A DNA stretch of 64,000 nucleotides from an uncultured Lentimicrobiaceae bacterium. GTDB taxonomy: Bacteria > Bacteroidota > Bacteroidia > Bacteroidales > SKPS01. Every line of letters starts with the position of its first letter. Within the stretch, counting starts at the first letter, position 1. The stretch is taken from assembly GCA_964469215.1 (NCBI GenBank), contig CAYXYB010000004.1:103744-167743 (forward strand), read 5' to 3'. Positions 47,378 through 56,540 of the stretch are shown one piece after another. A program made the translations under genes and the position numbers. A model generated the notes under the pieces. The model was not told where the DNA came from and ran no database searches. It saw only the letters and a list, made by a program, of their open reading frames with translations.

Positions 47378-48421
47378 TTACTTGCTGAATCGTGTGAGGT
47401 CTGTTCTGATGCTGAAGTAGTTTGGGGCACCTGCTATGTGGTTGCGGGTACGGCTGAAGTCGAACTGGTATTTGCCGAGCCTGAGGCCAAGCCCCCAGGA
47501 GAAACCCACCATACCCATTTTAGACCTTACGCCTGCTTCCTGCCTTGTGCGGTAATCATAGCCCAGCCTGAAACGAAGCACCTCGCCCGGCATAAATTCC
47601 ACACCGGCAGTAACATGTCTCATTGATTTGTCGAGGAGGTCAGTTATTTTATTCGGCGATTTCTCTTCACCGGTAATAGGATCTGTCTTTGTCTTTGGGT
47701 TTAGTGGATCGTTGTATGTAAGATCCCATTCATTCAGAGCATTAAGAAGCAGATAAAACCTTAGTGGTGCATGTTTAAGCTTCTGACTTATGCCTGTAGC
47801 AAGTTCAAATGGTAGTTTTTCACGCTCATCATCAAATGGATCCAACTGCCGACCTGCATTTCTAATAATAACGGAGGTGTTGAAAAGGCCGGATTCATTG
47901 GTGTAATGCCCGGAGATATTAACAGCAATAGCAAAAGCAGACCATATATCATAGCTTGAAAGAATAAAGTTAACATCTGCTCCAAGCCTTAAACCGGGAT
48001 GGAGCTCTCTCCCCCACCCTAAGGCAAGGGCAATATCAGATGCGGTAAAATTTCCCTGCTCGATACCTGCAGCATCAGTACGCTGAAATGTTCCGTAGTG
48101 CATGAATCTTACCGAACCAAGGAAGCTGCCATACTTTTCGAATGTTCTGGAATAGGCGACGTTACCTGCATTTATGCCTGCATAATGGTCGAGAAAGGTG
48201 AATCCCACATGGTTGTGCATTGTAGCTTTTATCAAGGCCGGGTTGTGCATCGCCAGAAGCAGGTCATTATCATCAAGCGGCAGAAAGGTGCCACCAATCG
48301 ACGAAACACGGGGTGAGGATGCTACATTCAGGAAATGAAATACATACTGACTGGTACTCTGGGCAATTGTTGTGTTTATGCTGATAAGAGCCCCAAGAAT
48401 GATTGTTATGATTAGCCTCAT
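47378..48421 (-). CDS. PorQ-like T9SS-associated outer-membrane beta-barrel protein
   Basis: Signal peptide. N-terminal YVFHFLNVASSPRVSSIGG...NPALI pattern resembles the PorQ family. About 347 aa and beta-rich. The family assignment comes from memory of the motif only. Confidence 0.45.
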   Translation of the reverse strand: MRLIITIILGALISINTTIAQSTSQYVFHFLNVASSPRVSSIGGTFLPLDDNDLLLAMHNPALIKATMHNHVGFTFLDHYAGINAGNVAYSRTFEKYGSFLGSVRFMHYGTFQRTDAAGIEQGNFTASDIALALGWGRELHPGLRLGADVNFILSSYDIWSAFAIAVNISGHYTNESGLFNTSVIIRNAGRQLDPFDDEREKLPFELATGISQKLKHAPLRFYLLLNALNEWDLTYNDPLNPKTKTDPITGEEKSPNKITDLLDKSMRHVTAGVEFMPGEVLRFRLGYDYRTRQEAGVRSKMGMVGFSWGLGLRLGKYQFDFSRTRNHIAGAPNYFSIRTDLTRFSK

Positions 48422-48467
48422 GAATCTGTAATGAAGGTTTGAAAACGCAAAGATGGCGGATTTTATT

Positions 48468-48507
48468 GTTATGAGTAATGAGTTATGAGTAATGAGTTAT
48501 GAGTTAT
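48468..48507. repeat. Heptamer tandem repeat (GT[TA]ATGA), about 5.7 copies
   Basis: GTTATGA GTAATGA GTTATGA GTAATGA GTTATGA GTTAT. Lies between the PorQ-like start and the stop of the upstream membrane-protein gene, and overlaps that stop codon. Confidence 0.85.
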
Positions 48508-49885
48508 TTTTTAAGAAGTGTTGCCGCAGTATATCAGCATTAATAACATAAGTGATAATGAGTGTTAGAGGAAGAAGCCAGATTACTCGTGCCTGAAAAC
48601 GTTCACATGGTGTAACAAGGCCTGCTGTAATAAAGCTGTTTATGAAAATGAAGAGGATAACGGATATCAACAAGAATTTCGATATAGGATCTATTTTTTG
48701 CCATACTGTTTTCGTAGCAATAAGCCAGACAAGAGCAAATACGGATAACATAACAAGGAGCCTGTGAACCAGATTCAGTGTGTCTAATTTAAGTCCCCAG
48801 CCATCCCAGAGGTTCTGCCTGCTGTTAAGATAATTGTTGATGCTGAGGTTGAAATGGTTATAGATATGGGGATATGGTGCACTATTTTGATTATATGCAG
48901 AAAGCCCTTGTCCGATATCATTCTGAGTCAACTGTATCAACCCATAGAAGAAGGACTGGTAAATATTCATCAGCAGATATTCAGGCTCTGAAAGTGAGGT
49001 ACGTATTATTTTTCTGAACTCTTTTCCGCTTCCTTTCCAGCCTCCCGTGTTTTCCAGGATGTCGCCGGTCCACATAAAAGATGCAAGATCTCCGGGAAGA
49101 GAATCCTTATAGCGGCATAATTTCATATCCCTGAAATCGTCGCAGCCACATTTGTCATCGAGCAGTCTTTTTAATATTCCTGTGTCTGCCAGATGTGCAA
49201 CCAGGAACACATGGGAACCTTTGGTTAAGGTACCTTTTCCCTCAATCAGCACATTGATTCCCGGTATAATTATCCATGAAAGAAAAATTATCACCGCGGC
49301 TATATATATCCTTTTAAAAGATATCATGCTCAATCGTTCTCTAAGAACCAGCCTTGCACAAAAGATCGATATCAGCAGGAGAGAGATTATCATCAGATGT
49401 GAGAAGTGCATTATCAGAGAGATGGAAAATATGAGCCCGGTGATTATCAATGATAATAAGGTAGCGTCTCTTTTCAAAAGAAGAACCATCAATGCAATAA
49501 ACGCAACCGGAGTAAAAAAATCGGGCATAAGCTGATTTGAGTACCAACCTATTCCTGTAAAAAATACAAGGAAAAAGATAGTAACAAGGTAAACTTTTTT
49601 TAAGGCCGGAGCATGGATTCTGAAAGTGATAAAGAGTTGAAGCAGGATATATGCTGTGATAAGGTTCTGGGCTATAACTACGAACCATGGTGAGAGTGTC
49701 AAAGATGTTAACCTAAGGAACAAGCCATAGGTTATGGGCCTGTCGAAGGGAACAAATAGATTGAACCCGCTGTTTATGTATGTACCGGTATCGGAGTAAA
49801 CAAGAGGGAATCTGTTATATAGAGCAACAACAAGCAGAATAAGTGTGCCAAGTCCGATCAGTAATGCTATCTGCAATTTTTTCAT
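48497..49885 (-). CDS. Polytopic membrane protein, function unknown (possible GT-C-like glycosyltransferase)
   Basis: At least 10 hydrophobic helices. The start was moved to the ATG at 49885 (MKKLQIALLIGLG) because the ORF-track extension crosses the gdhA terminator. Confidence 0.4.
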   Translation of the reverse strand: MKKLQIALLIGLGTLILLVVALYNRFPLVYSDTGTYINSGFNLFVPFDRPITYGLFLRLTSLTLSPWFVVIAQNLITAYILLQLFITFRIHAPALKKVYLVTIFFLVFFTGIGWYSNQLMPDFFTPVAFIALMVLLLKRDATLLSLIITGLIFSISLIMHFSHLMIISLLLISIFCARLVLRERLSMISFKRIYIAAVIIFLSWIIIPGINVLIEGKGTLTKGSHVFLVAHLADTGILKRLLDDKCGCDDFRDMKLCRYKDSLPGDLASFMWTGDILENTGGWKGSGKEFRKIIRTSLSEPEYLLMNIYQSFFYGLIQLTQNDIGQGLSAYNQNSAPYPHIYNHFNLSINNYLNSRQNLWDGWGLKLDTLNLVHRLLVMLSVFALVWLIATKTVWQKIDPISKFLLISVILFIFINSFITAGLVTPCERFQARVIWLLPLTLIITYVINADILRQHFLKNNS

Positions 49886-49948
49886 TTCTTTGATGTTTTT
49901 TTTTGAAATGCTGTTAAGTGCAAAGTTACATTTCCAGATGATTGATGC

Positions 49949-49980
49949 AAAAAAAACCGGGAGAATTCCCATCCTCCCGG
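49949..49980 (-). terminator. Rho-independent terminator of gdhA
   Basis: Read on the minus strand: CCGGGAG-(10 nt)-CTCCCGG perfect GC-rich stem followed by 8 T. About 48 nt after the gdhA stop. Confidence 0.7.
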
Positions 49981-50027
49981 AGCACACTATGAGTTGTTAA
50001 CCTAAACTACTATGATCAATTAAACCA

Positions 50028-51365
50028 TTAGAGTACACCCTGATCCAGCATTGCGTTGGCAACTTTAAGGAATCCGGCTATATTTGCCCCTTTCGGGTAG
50101 TTGATATAACCATCCTCTTCCCTTCCGTATTCGACGCATGAATTATGGATGTTGATCATAATTTCCCTAAGCCTCATATCCACTTCCTGAGCTGACCAGT
50201 TCAATTTAAGTGAATTTTGAGACATTTCGAGCCCTGAAGTGGAAACACCACCTGCATTGGCGGCCTTACCCGGCCCGAATAATATTTTATTTTCGAGGAA
50301 TACTTCCACAGCTTCAGGTGTTGATGGCATATTAGCACCTTCACATACGCAGATAACACCATTACGCACCAGTGTTTCGGCATCCTCTTTATTGAGTTCG
50401 TTCTGTGTGGCACATGGAAGAGCGATATCGCATTTTACTTCCCAGGGGCGTTTTCCCGGAACAAACTTGGCGCTTGGAAACTCATACGAAAATGGTTTTA
50501 CGATATCTTCGTTAGTAGCTCTAAGATCAAGCATATAGTTGATCTTCTCGCCACTGATTCCTTCGGGGTCGTGTACATAACCGTCGGGACCACTGATAGT
50601 AACAACTTTACCACCCAGCTCGGTTGCTTTCGTGGCTGCGCCCCATGCAACGTTTCCAAAACCTGAGATAGCTACAGTTTTTCCTTTAAAAGATTCACCA
50701 CGTGTTTTGAGCATCTCATGGGCAAAATAAACATTACCAAAGCCTGTAGCTTCAGGGCGAATCAAAGAACCACCCCAGTCGCGGCCTTTTCCGGTAAATA
50801 CACCAACATGTTCGCGGGTAAGTTTCTTGTACATACCAAACATATAACCTATCTCCTTCTTGCCGACACCGATGTCACCTGCAGGCACATCTGTTTCAGG
50901 GCCGATGATCTTCCACAGCTCGAGCATAAATGATTGGCAGAAGCGCATAATTTCATTGTCTGATTTACCCTTTGGGTCGAAATCGGAACCACCCTTTGCA
51001 CCACCCATTGGCAGTGTAGTAAGGCTGTTTTTAAAGATCTGCTCAAATCCCAGGAATTTAAGGATACTGAGGTTTACACTCGGGTGGAAACGTATTCCCC
51101 CTTTGTATGGCCCTATGGCGTTGTTATATTGAACCCTGTATGCACGGTTTACACGCACTTCACCTTTATCGGTTACCCAGGGAACTTTTACCGTTAATAC
51201 TCTGTCAGGTTCAATAATCCTTTCGATGATTCCGGAAGTTTCGAACTGAGGGTTTTCATTTACGACATCCTCGATTGATTCCAGTACTTCGTGAACAGCC
51301 TGAAGGTATTCCACTTCACCTGGATTCTTCTTCTCAAGGTCGTTCATGATTTTCTCTACATTCAT
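50028..51365 (-). CDS. gdhA: NAD(P)-specific glutamate dehydrogenase
   Basis: GGAKGGSDFDPKGKS catalytic-lysine motif and GFGNVAWGAA dinucleotide fold. About 445 aa counted from MNVEKIMNDLEKKNPGE. Confidence 0.9.
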   Translation of the reverse strand: MNVEKIMNDLEKKNPGEVEYLQAVHEVLESIEDVVNENPQFETSGIIERIIEPDRVLTVKVPWVTDKGEVRVNRAYRVQYNNAIGPYKGGIRFHPSVNLSILKFLGFEQIFKNSLTTLPMGGAKGGSDFDPKGKSDNEIMRFCQSFMLELWKIIGPETDVPAGDIGVGKKEIGYMFGMYKKLTREHVGVFTGKGRDWGGSLIRPEATGFGNVYFAHEMLKTRGESFKGKTVAISGFGNVAWGAATKATELGGKVVTISGPDGYVHDPEGISGEKINYMLDLRATNEDIVKPFSYEFPSAKFVPGKRPWEVKCDIALPCATQNELNKEDAETLVRNGVICVCEGANMPSTPEAVEVFLENKILFGPGKAANAGGVSTSGLEMSQNSLKLNWSAQEVDMRLREIMINIHNSCVEYGREEDGYINYPKGANIAGFLKVANAMLDQGVL

Positions 51366-51413
51366 AGCATATATTTTTTTAGGGTTGGATAATATGAACA
51401 AAGTCTGATGCGG

Positions 51414-51421
51414 CAAAATTA
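51414..51421 (-). promoter_or_regulatory. Candidate -7 box (TAATTTTG) for gdhA
   Basis: Matches TAnnTTTG on the minus strand, about 49 nt upstream of the ATG at 51365. Confidence 0.35.
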
Positions 51422-51584
51422 GGTTTTATAAATGGCCTGGCAACTGTAAGCATTTATGAATTAACCGGCTTTAGGGCTGATAAAAATCAATCTTAATGAT
51501 GATCACCATCAATTTATAAAACAAAACCTTTCGTATTCGCAGAATATTTACCTATTTTTGGCATCCAAAACCTGTTCAAAAACG

Positions 51585-52709
51585 ATGCAAAGAGAGGAAA
51601 AGGATACTGAACGGATTACCCACCTGGTAGAGAGTTTAAATGAAAGGCGCAAGGAGCTGAATTGCCTGTATCAGGTCAATGATATCCTGAGGGATTATAA
51701 TGTTGACCTGGATTCGGTTTTTTTACGAATCGCTGAGATTCTCCCCGAAGCATGGAGGTATTCTGACATTTGCCAGGTTTGCATTGTTTATGATGGAATC
51801 CTTCATGAGACTTTACCTTTCAGGAAGACCAAATTAAAGCAGTCGGCCCTGATCATGGTTGAGGATATGAATGTTGGTGAAATACAGGTATATTACACCA
51901 AACCCGTCACCAATGAGAAAGGGATATTTCTTCAGGAGGAACAGAAGTTGTTGAATTTGGTAGCAGAAAAACTCAGCGACTTTATACTGCTTAAAAGGCT
52001 CAGGGAGGCATTTACTCAACAGCAGGAAGGGCCTCAGAAAACCACAACAACAGACACCATAAACAACTGGTTAGGCCACATAGGATTATCTGACGATGAA
52101 ATAAAGAGGCTGACAAGGGTGAAAATCGATTTCAGGCGAGGCGAAACCATCTGTAAACAGGGAGCCCTCAACGCATATATCATGTTACTGAGCAGCGGAC
52201 TTGCCAAAGCTTACATTGAGGGATACCAGGAGAAGGGTTTGAATTTTAAGATAATCCAACCCTTTGATTTCATAGGGCTTTCCGCTTTAAAGGATACTGA
52301 TTGCTACCGGTTTTCTGTTTCAGCAATCACACCATGCACAGTTTATCTCGTAGATAAAGAAGAGTTCTTGAGCATTGCCATCGATAATTCCAGGATGAAC
52401 AGTTATCTGATCGAATTTTTTTGTAGGTTTACAGGTCAGATCTTCAATAGATTGCATTGTGTTGCCAACAAGCAGGCACCCGGGAGGGTATCGGATGTAT
52501 TACTGTATCTTGCAAATGAGGTTTTCAAGAAGAATACTATCCCTAATGTTATAAGCAGAAAAGATATTGCAGAGCTGGCAGGTATGTCGACCGAGAGTGC
52601 CGTAAGGATTCTTTCAGAATTGAAAAACGACGGCATTATCAGAACAACAAAAGATGGGATAGAACTATTAAAGCCCGATCTGATCCGGACAATTTCAATT
52701 GCTGGATGA
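51585..52709 (+). CDS. Crp/Fnr-family regulator with an extra N-terminal GAF-like sensor domain
   Basis: C-terminal cNMP-binding-like barrel plus HTH (ISRKDIAELAGMSTESAVRILSELKNDGII). N-terminal domain of about 150 aa with RRKELNCLYQVNDIL...W.Y...C...I.YDG....LPF motifs. The ATG at 51585 is preferred over the TTG at 51558. Confidence 0.7.
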   Translation: MQREEKDTERITHLVESLNERRKELNCLYQVNDILRDYNVDLDSVFLRIAEILPEAWRYSDICQVCIVYDGILHETLPFRKTKLKQSALIMVEDMNVGEIQVYYTKPVTNEKGIFLQEEQKLLNLVAEKLSDFILLKRLREAFTQQQEGPQKTTTTDTINNWLGHIGLSDDEIKRLTRVKIDFRRGETICKQGALNAYIMLLSSGLAKAYIEGYQEKGLNFKIIQPFDFIGLSALKDTDCYRFSVSAITPCTVYLVDKEEFLSIAIDNSRMNSYLIEFFCRFTGQIFNRLHCVANKQAPGRVSDVLLYLANEVFKKNTIPNVISRKDIAELAGMSTESAVRILSELKNDGIIRTTKDGIELLKPDLIRTISIAG

Positions 52710-55682
52710 ATGAGGTTTCAGAAGCACTCCCCTGTTTTTTTTGCCGTCTATTCTTATGATAATTTCATCTTCGAACCTGACATGCCTGAGATGTTCATCC
52801 TCGAAAACAGCAGGTTGACTATTAAGATATTCGATATCATAGAAACCCTCCTTAATATAGGCATTTATGGTAAAATAGCCAACATGGAAAGAGGTGAGAT
52901 TCTGAAAGAAATGGGTTCCCTGGCTTGGGTCAATCCTGTAATTTTCAAGTCCGGCTTCAACAATGAGTCGGGCACCTGAAATCTGAGGCCATTTTACCGG
53001 GATACCCAACCATGGATCGGAAGAGCCCCACCTGCCAGGGCCAATAAGAATGTAGTTAATCTGTTGATCAAGAAAATGTTGATTTATCACTCCCACTCTT
53101 TGGGCAATTTCCTTTGTGTTGGCCGGATCAAAAGCATCGGGTTTAACATACAAGATATCATGCAAACCTCTGATCTCACCATTTCCGAGTGCATGTTCTG
53201 ACCACAGAATTCCTGTTTCCTTATCAACTTTGTCAATGTTTATTTTTGACGCATCCTTGTGTTCCATGATAGGCCTTATCTGGAGGAAACTGAAAATTCT
53301 GGGGTGACCTTTTGGAACATCGAGGTTAACGGCAAACTCAATTTCAATTGGTTTATTCATGGCCTTTGATCCGGTTGAAAGTAATTCCTGAAGGATTTCG
53401 GCCAGGGGGAATTGTTTGTGCTTAAGAATATTAGCGAAGGTTATCACCTTTTTCCCTTTTATATAGGTGCCTTCACTGATTGTATCATGTTCAAAACTGT
53501 AGGTTGAAGCGGCATGTCTGAGGGTTCCGTCAGGTTCAGCTTCATCAATCTTGAGTTTGAACAGATTGATGCCATCGTTTGTACTTGGCTTGAAGCTAGT
53601 AGCCTTCAGATCCAGGGCGAAAAAATGTTTTTGTGTTTCCCTTAAAGCATTTTTGGGGGATGAAAGCTGGATAATACGTTCGGGATGTGCTGGTGAGAAT
53701 CTGAGTGTTACCCCACCATCCATGATATATTTACCAAGCCCGAGAGCAATTTCAGCAATACCCTCCTCCGCCTTTTCAGGAGCAATGGGATAATAGTTAA
53801 GGCTTCGCGCCACACCTGAGATGTTGGGATAAAACCTGCCATTATATTGCCTGCCTGTGACCTCCTGAAGCACAATTGCCATTTTCTCCTGATCTATTAC
53901 ATTTTTTGTAGCCTCCATGTATGTTTTGGAATCTTTGAAAAACACCGAAGCATACACACATTTAACGGCATGACTCAGCATCTCTATCATCAGTCGTTCA
54001 TTGTTCTCAACCTTTGGAATCATAAACGTATTATAGATACCTGCAAAAGGTTGATAGTGTGAATCTTCTAACAAGCTGGAGGAACGGATGGCTATCGGGT
54101 TCTTCACTACATTGATAAATGCAAGGAGGTCTTCATGAATTCTGAAGGGAAGCCTGGACTCGACAAAAGCGTTGAGTATTTCATCATCACTTCGGTCGGA
54201 TAGAGCAATATAATGAAGGTTATTATCCTCCATGAAGTCGTCAAACACATCGGTACTTAAAACAACAGTGCGTGGTATTGTGATAATGGTATTTTCAAAT
54301 TTTTCGAGAAGATTGTGACGTTTGAGTATCATATCGACAAATGCCAGCCCTCTTGCCTTACCACCCAGTCCGCCCTCGCCGATACGGGTGAATATCAGGT
54401 ATTCATCGAAACGGTCACGGTTATAATCGGCAATAATACCCCTGCCTTTGGTTCTGCGGAAACTGGCGATAGTATCAAAAAGAAACCGGCGCACCTCATC
54501 AAGGTCTTCAAAATCCTCATGGGTAAGCTGTTTGAAGAGCTGGGCAATAGAAAACAAAGCTCTGGCATTCAGCCATTTACTGAAGTGATTTCGTTTTATA
54601 TGGTATTCCAGAGTTGCATCCGGTATCTCGAAGAGTTTTTGCTGGAGGCTTTGAAGATCTGTTGCGCGGTTCAACTCTTCAAAGGTTTCCGGATCCTGAA
54701 AGATAAAGTCACCAAAAGCGAAATATTTGATAATAAACTGCTTAAGTTCCTGAATAAGGGTTTTTGAGTTCTTGTTTATGAAGCCTGCCTTCAACTCCCT
54801 GGCAATCTCCTCATTCTCAGTATCTGATGATTGAAGCAGTATCGGCATCAGATGATCATCGGCCTTAACCTTCCGGCACAACTGAATACCCGCTTCCTTA
54901 AAAAGTACCCCACCTTTTTTGTATGCAATGTCAGATATGATACCAAGGAGATTTGATTTGTATTTAATGTAATATTTCAGGGCTTGTTCATAGGTGTTTG
55001 TCAGCAGTATCTTTGGCCTTCCGCGCATCCTCAGCATCTTCTGGTGTTCATTAAGCCCCTCCTGCATGAATTCTTTGGACTGATTGAATATAATCTTGTA
55101 GATTATTGGCAGATAACTTGAATAGAACCTTACTGAATCTTCGACCAGAATTATCACCTGAACTCCAACAGACTGCACATCATACTCCACGTTCATCTTA
55201 TCTTCTATAAGCTTGATGATTGCCAGGAGTAGATCGGCATTCCCAAGCCAGCAGAAAACATGGTCGACAGCAGAGAGATCCTCTTTATCGAGTTTAACAG
55301 ACACTTCACGCGAAAAAGGGGTTAGCACAACCACAGGAATACCGGGATATTTAGCCTTAATCTCCTTGTTGAGCAGGAAAGGATCCATGCCCTGAATACT
55401 CAGCATATTTACGATAAGGTCTATATTTCCATTCTGGAGGATTGAAAAAGCTTCTTCAGAGGATCTGGCCTGCACGAACTGCGGCGGATAGCGCAGGTTA
55501 AGTGAGACGTACTCATTGAAAATCTGCTCATCGATCCTTCCGTCCTCTTCAAGCATAAACGCATCGTAGTTACTGCAAAGGAGCAGAACCTTGTTTATCC
55601 TGTTCTTCATCAGCTGATCGAAAGGGGGATCGGCGAAATAGTAATTCTTTTTAAGTTTCTGAATTCTATCTGAATCAGGCAT
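52695..55682 (-). CDS. Receiver-domain / PEP-pyruvate-binding (PPDK N-terminal ATP-grasp-like) domain protein
   Basis: Two receiver-like domains. The first has N where the phospho-acceptor Asp is expected (IDLIVNML); the second keeps Asp (GIISDIAY). They are followed by the GGKARGLAF PPDK_N motif and a C-terminal GPGRWGSSDPWLGIPV motif. The start was set at MPDSDRIQ (55682). Confidence 0.6.
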   Translation of the reverse strand: MPDSDRIQKLKKNYYFADPPFDQLMKNRINKVLLLCSNYDAFMLEEDGRIDEQIFNEYVSLNLRYPPQFVQARSSEEAFSILQNGNIDLIVNMLSIQGMDPFLLNKEIKAKYPGIPVVVLTPFSREVSVKLDKEDLSAVDHVFCWLGNADLLLAIIKLIEDKMNVEYDVQSVGVQVIILVEDSVRFYSSYLPIIYKIIFNQSKEFMQEGLNEHQKMLRMRGRPKILLTNTYEQALKYYIKYKSNLLGIISDIAYKKGGVLFKEAGIQLCRKVKADDHLMPILLQSSDTENEEIARELKAGFINKNSKTLIQELKQFIIKYFAFGDFIFQDPETFEELNRATDLQSLQQKLFEIPDATLEYHIKRNHFSKWLNARALFSIAQLFKQLTHEDFEDLDEVRRFLFDTIASFRRTKGRGIIADYNRDRFDEYLIFTRIGEGGLGGKARGLAFVDMILKRHNLLEKFENTIITIPRTVVLSTDVFDDFMEDNNLHYIALSDRSDDEILNAFVESRLPFRIHEDLLAFINVVKNPIAIRSSSLLEDSHYQPFAGIYNTFMIPKVENNERLMIEMLSHAVKCVYASVFFKDSKTYMEATKNVIDQEKMAIVLQEVTGRQYNGRFYPNISGVARSLNYYPIAPEKAEEGIAEIALGLGKYIMDGGVTLRFSPAHPERIIQLSSPKNALRETQKHFFALDLKATSFKPSTNDGINLFKLKIDEAEPDGTLRHAASTYSFEHDTISEGTYIKGKKVITFANILKHKQFPLAEILQELLSTGSKAMNKPIEIEFAVNLDVPKGHPRIFSFLQIRPIMEHKDASKINIDKVDKETGILWSEHALGNGEIRGLHDILYVKPDAFDPANTKEIAQRVGVINQHFLDQQINYILIGPGRWGSSDPWLGIPVKWPQISGARLIVEAGLENYRIDPSQGTHFFQNLTSFHVGYFTINAYIKEGFYDIEYLNSQPAVFEDEHLRHVRFEDEIIIRIDGKKNRGVLLKPHSSSN

Positions 55683-55968
55683 CTGTATTAGTTTTAGACA
55701 ATATGGTTTGGGTTGTGCAAGATAATAAAAAAGTTCACTATTGCCGTTAACTGTTAATAAACTACCGTTGGCAGATTTTATGGAGGAAGAGGTTGCATTT
55801 GAGGTATTTTTGTTGAAGCAGCAACCAAGCAGTTCTTTATTTCTTATCAGACTGATTAATGCCCGTTTGGGTCTTTTCCCGGGCGGGTATTTTTCTGCGA
55901 TGTTTTTATGGTTAATACTAAGAGGGTACCTCGAACGGGGTGCTCTCTTTTTTTCTGGCTGGTGGCTG

Positions 55969-56019
55969 TCCCGAAAAAATTGAAAATCTTCGATTTTCAG
56001 ATTTTTCGAGGATCCTTCC
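55969..56019 (+). repeat. Dispersed hairpin element of about 50 bp, copy 2
   Basis: GTCCCGAAAAAATTGAAAATCTTCGATTTTCAGATTTTTCGAGGATCCTTC. Has the same nested stems as copy 1. Lies about 33 bp from the IS3 left end. Confidence 0.75.
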
Positions 56020-56090
56020 CGAGTCTGCATCTCGAGGACAGGCGAAAATGACTTGTCCTGAAATAGGTTTACACTAAAACAGTGTAAAAA

Positions 56091-56540
56091 ATGGAAAAAA
56101 AGACAAGAAAAATCATTCAGAAAAAGGGGAAATATTTTACCGAAACAGAACGGCATTCTCTCATTCAGGAGATGCTCAAAAACAATTGGACCAAGCAATA
56201 CGCCTGGGAGCTCTATACCGGAGAACCAGAAGAACGTGGACAACTACTAAGGTGGGTGCGAAAGTTGGGCTATGTAGGAAAAATTCAAAATAAAAAATTT
56301 GTATCAAAGCGTAGTATTCTTAAATTTGAAATAAAATCGGGTACTATGGCTGATAAATCAAATGAAGAACAAGAATCTTTTGAAATGCTTCAACTTAAGA
56401 AGCGGATTGCAGAGTTGGAAAAAAAATTGAAAGATGAAGAAATGAAAGTCATTGCATGGCAAACAATGGTTGACATTGCCGAGAAAGAGTTCAATATCCC
56501 GATAAAAAAAAAGTTCAACACCAAACCATCGGAGAAATGA
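56091..56540 (+). CDS. IS3-family transposase OrfA (HTH plus leucine zipper)
   Basis: 149 aa. C-terminal coiled coil LQLKKRIAELEKKLKDEEMKV. The stop overlaps the orfB ATG (ATGA). Confidence 0.7.
   Translation: MEKKTRKIIQKKGKYFTETERHSLIQEMLKNNWTKQYAWELYTGEPEERGQLLRWVRKLGYVGKIQNKKFVSKRSILKFEIKSGTMADKSNEEQESFEMLQLKKRIAELEKKLKDEEMKVIAWQTMVDIAEKEFNIPIKKKFNTKPSEK

Noticed and set aside
55683-56243. N-terminal 187 codons of the 1182-aa ORF (52695..56243, minus strand)
   Set aside because: This part runs through the dispersed hairpin repeat, the IS3 left inverted repeat and the antisense strand of IS3 orfA. It has no recognisable homology. Conserved receiver-domain sequence starts right after the Met at 55682, so the extension is treated as an open-frame artefact.
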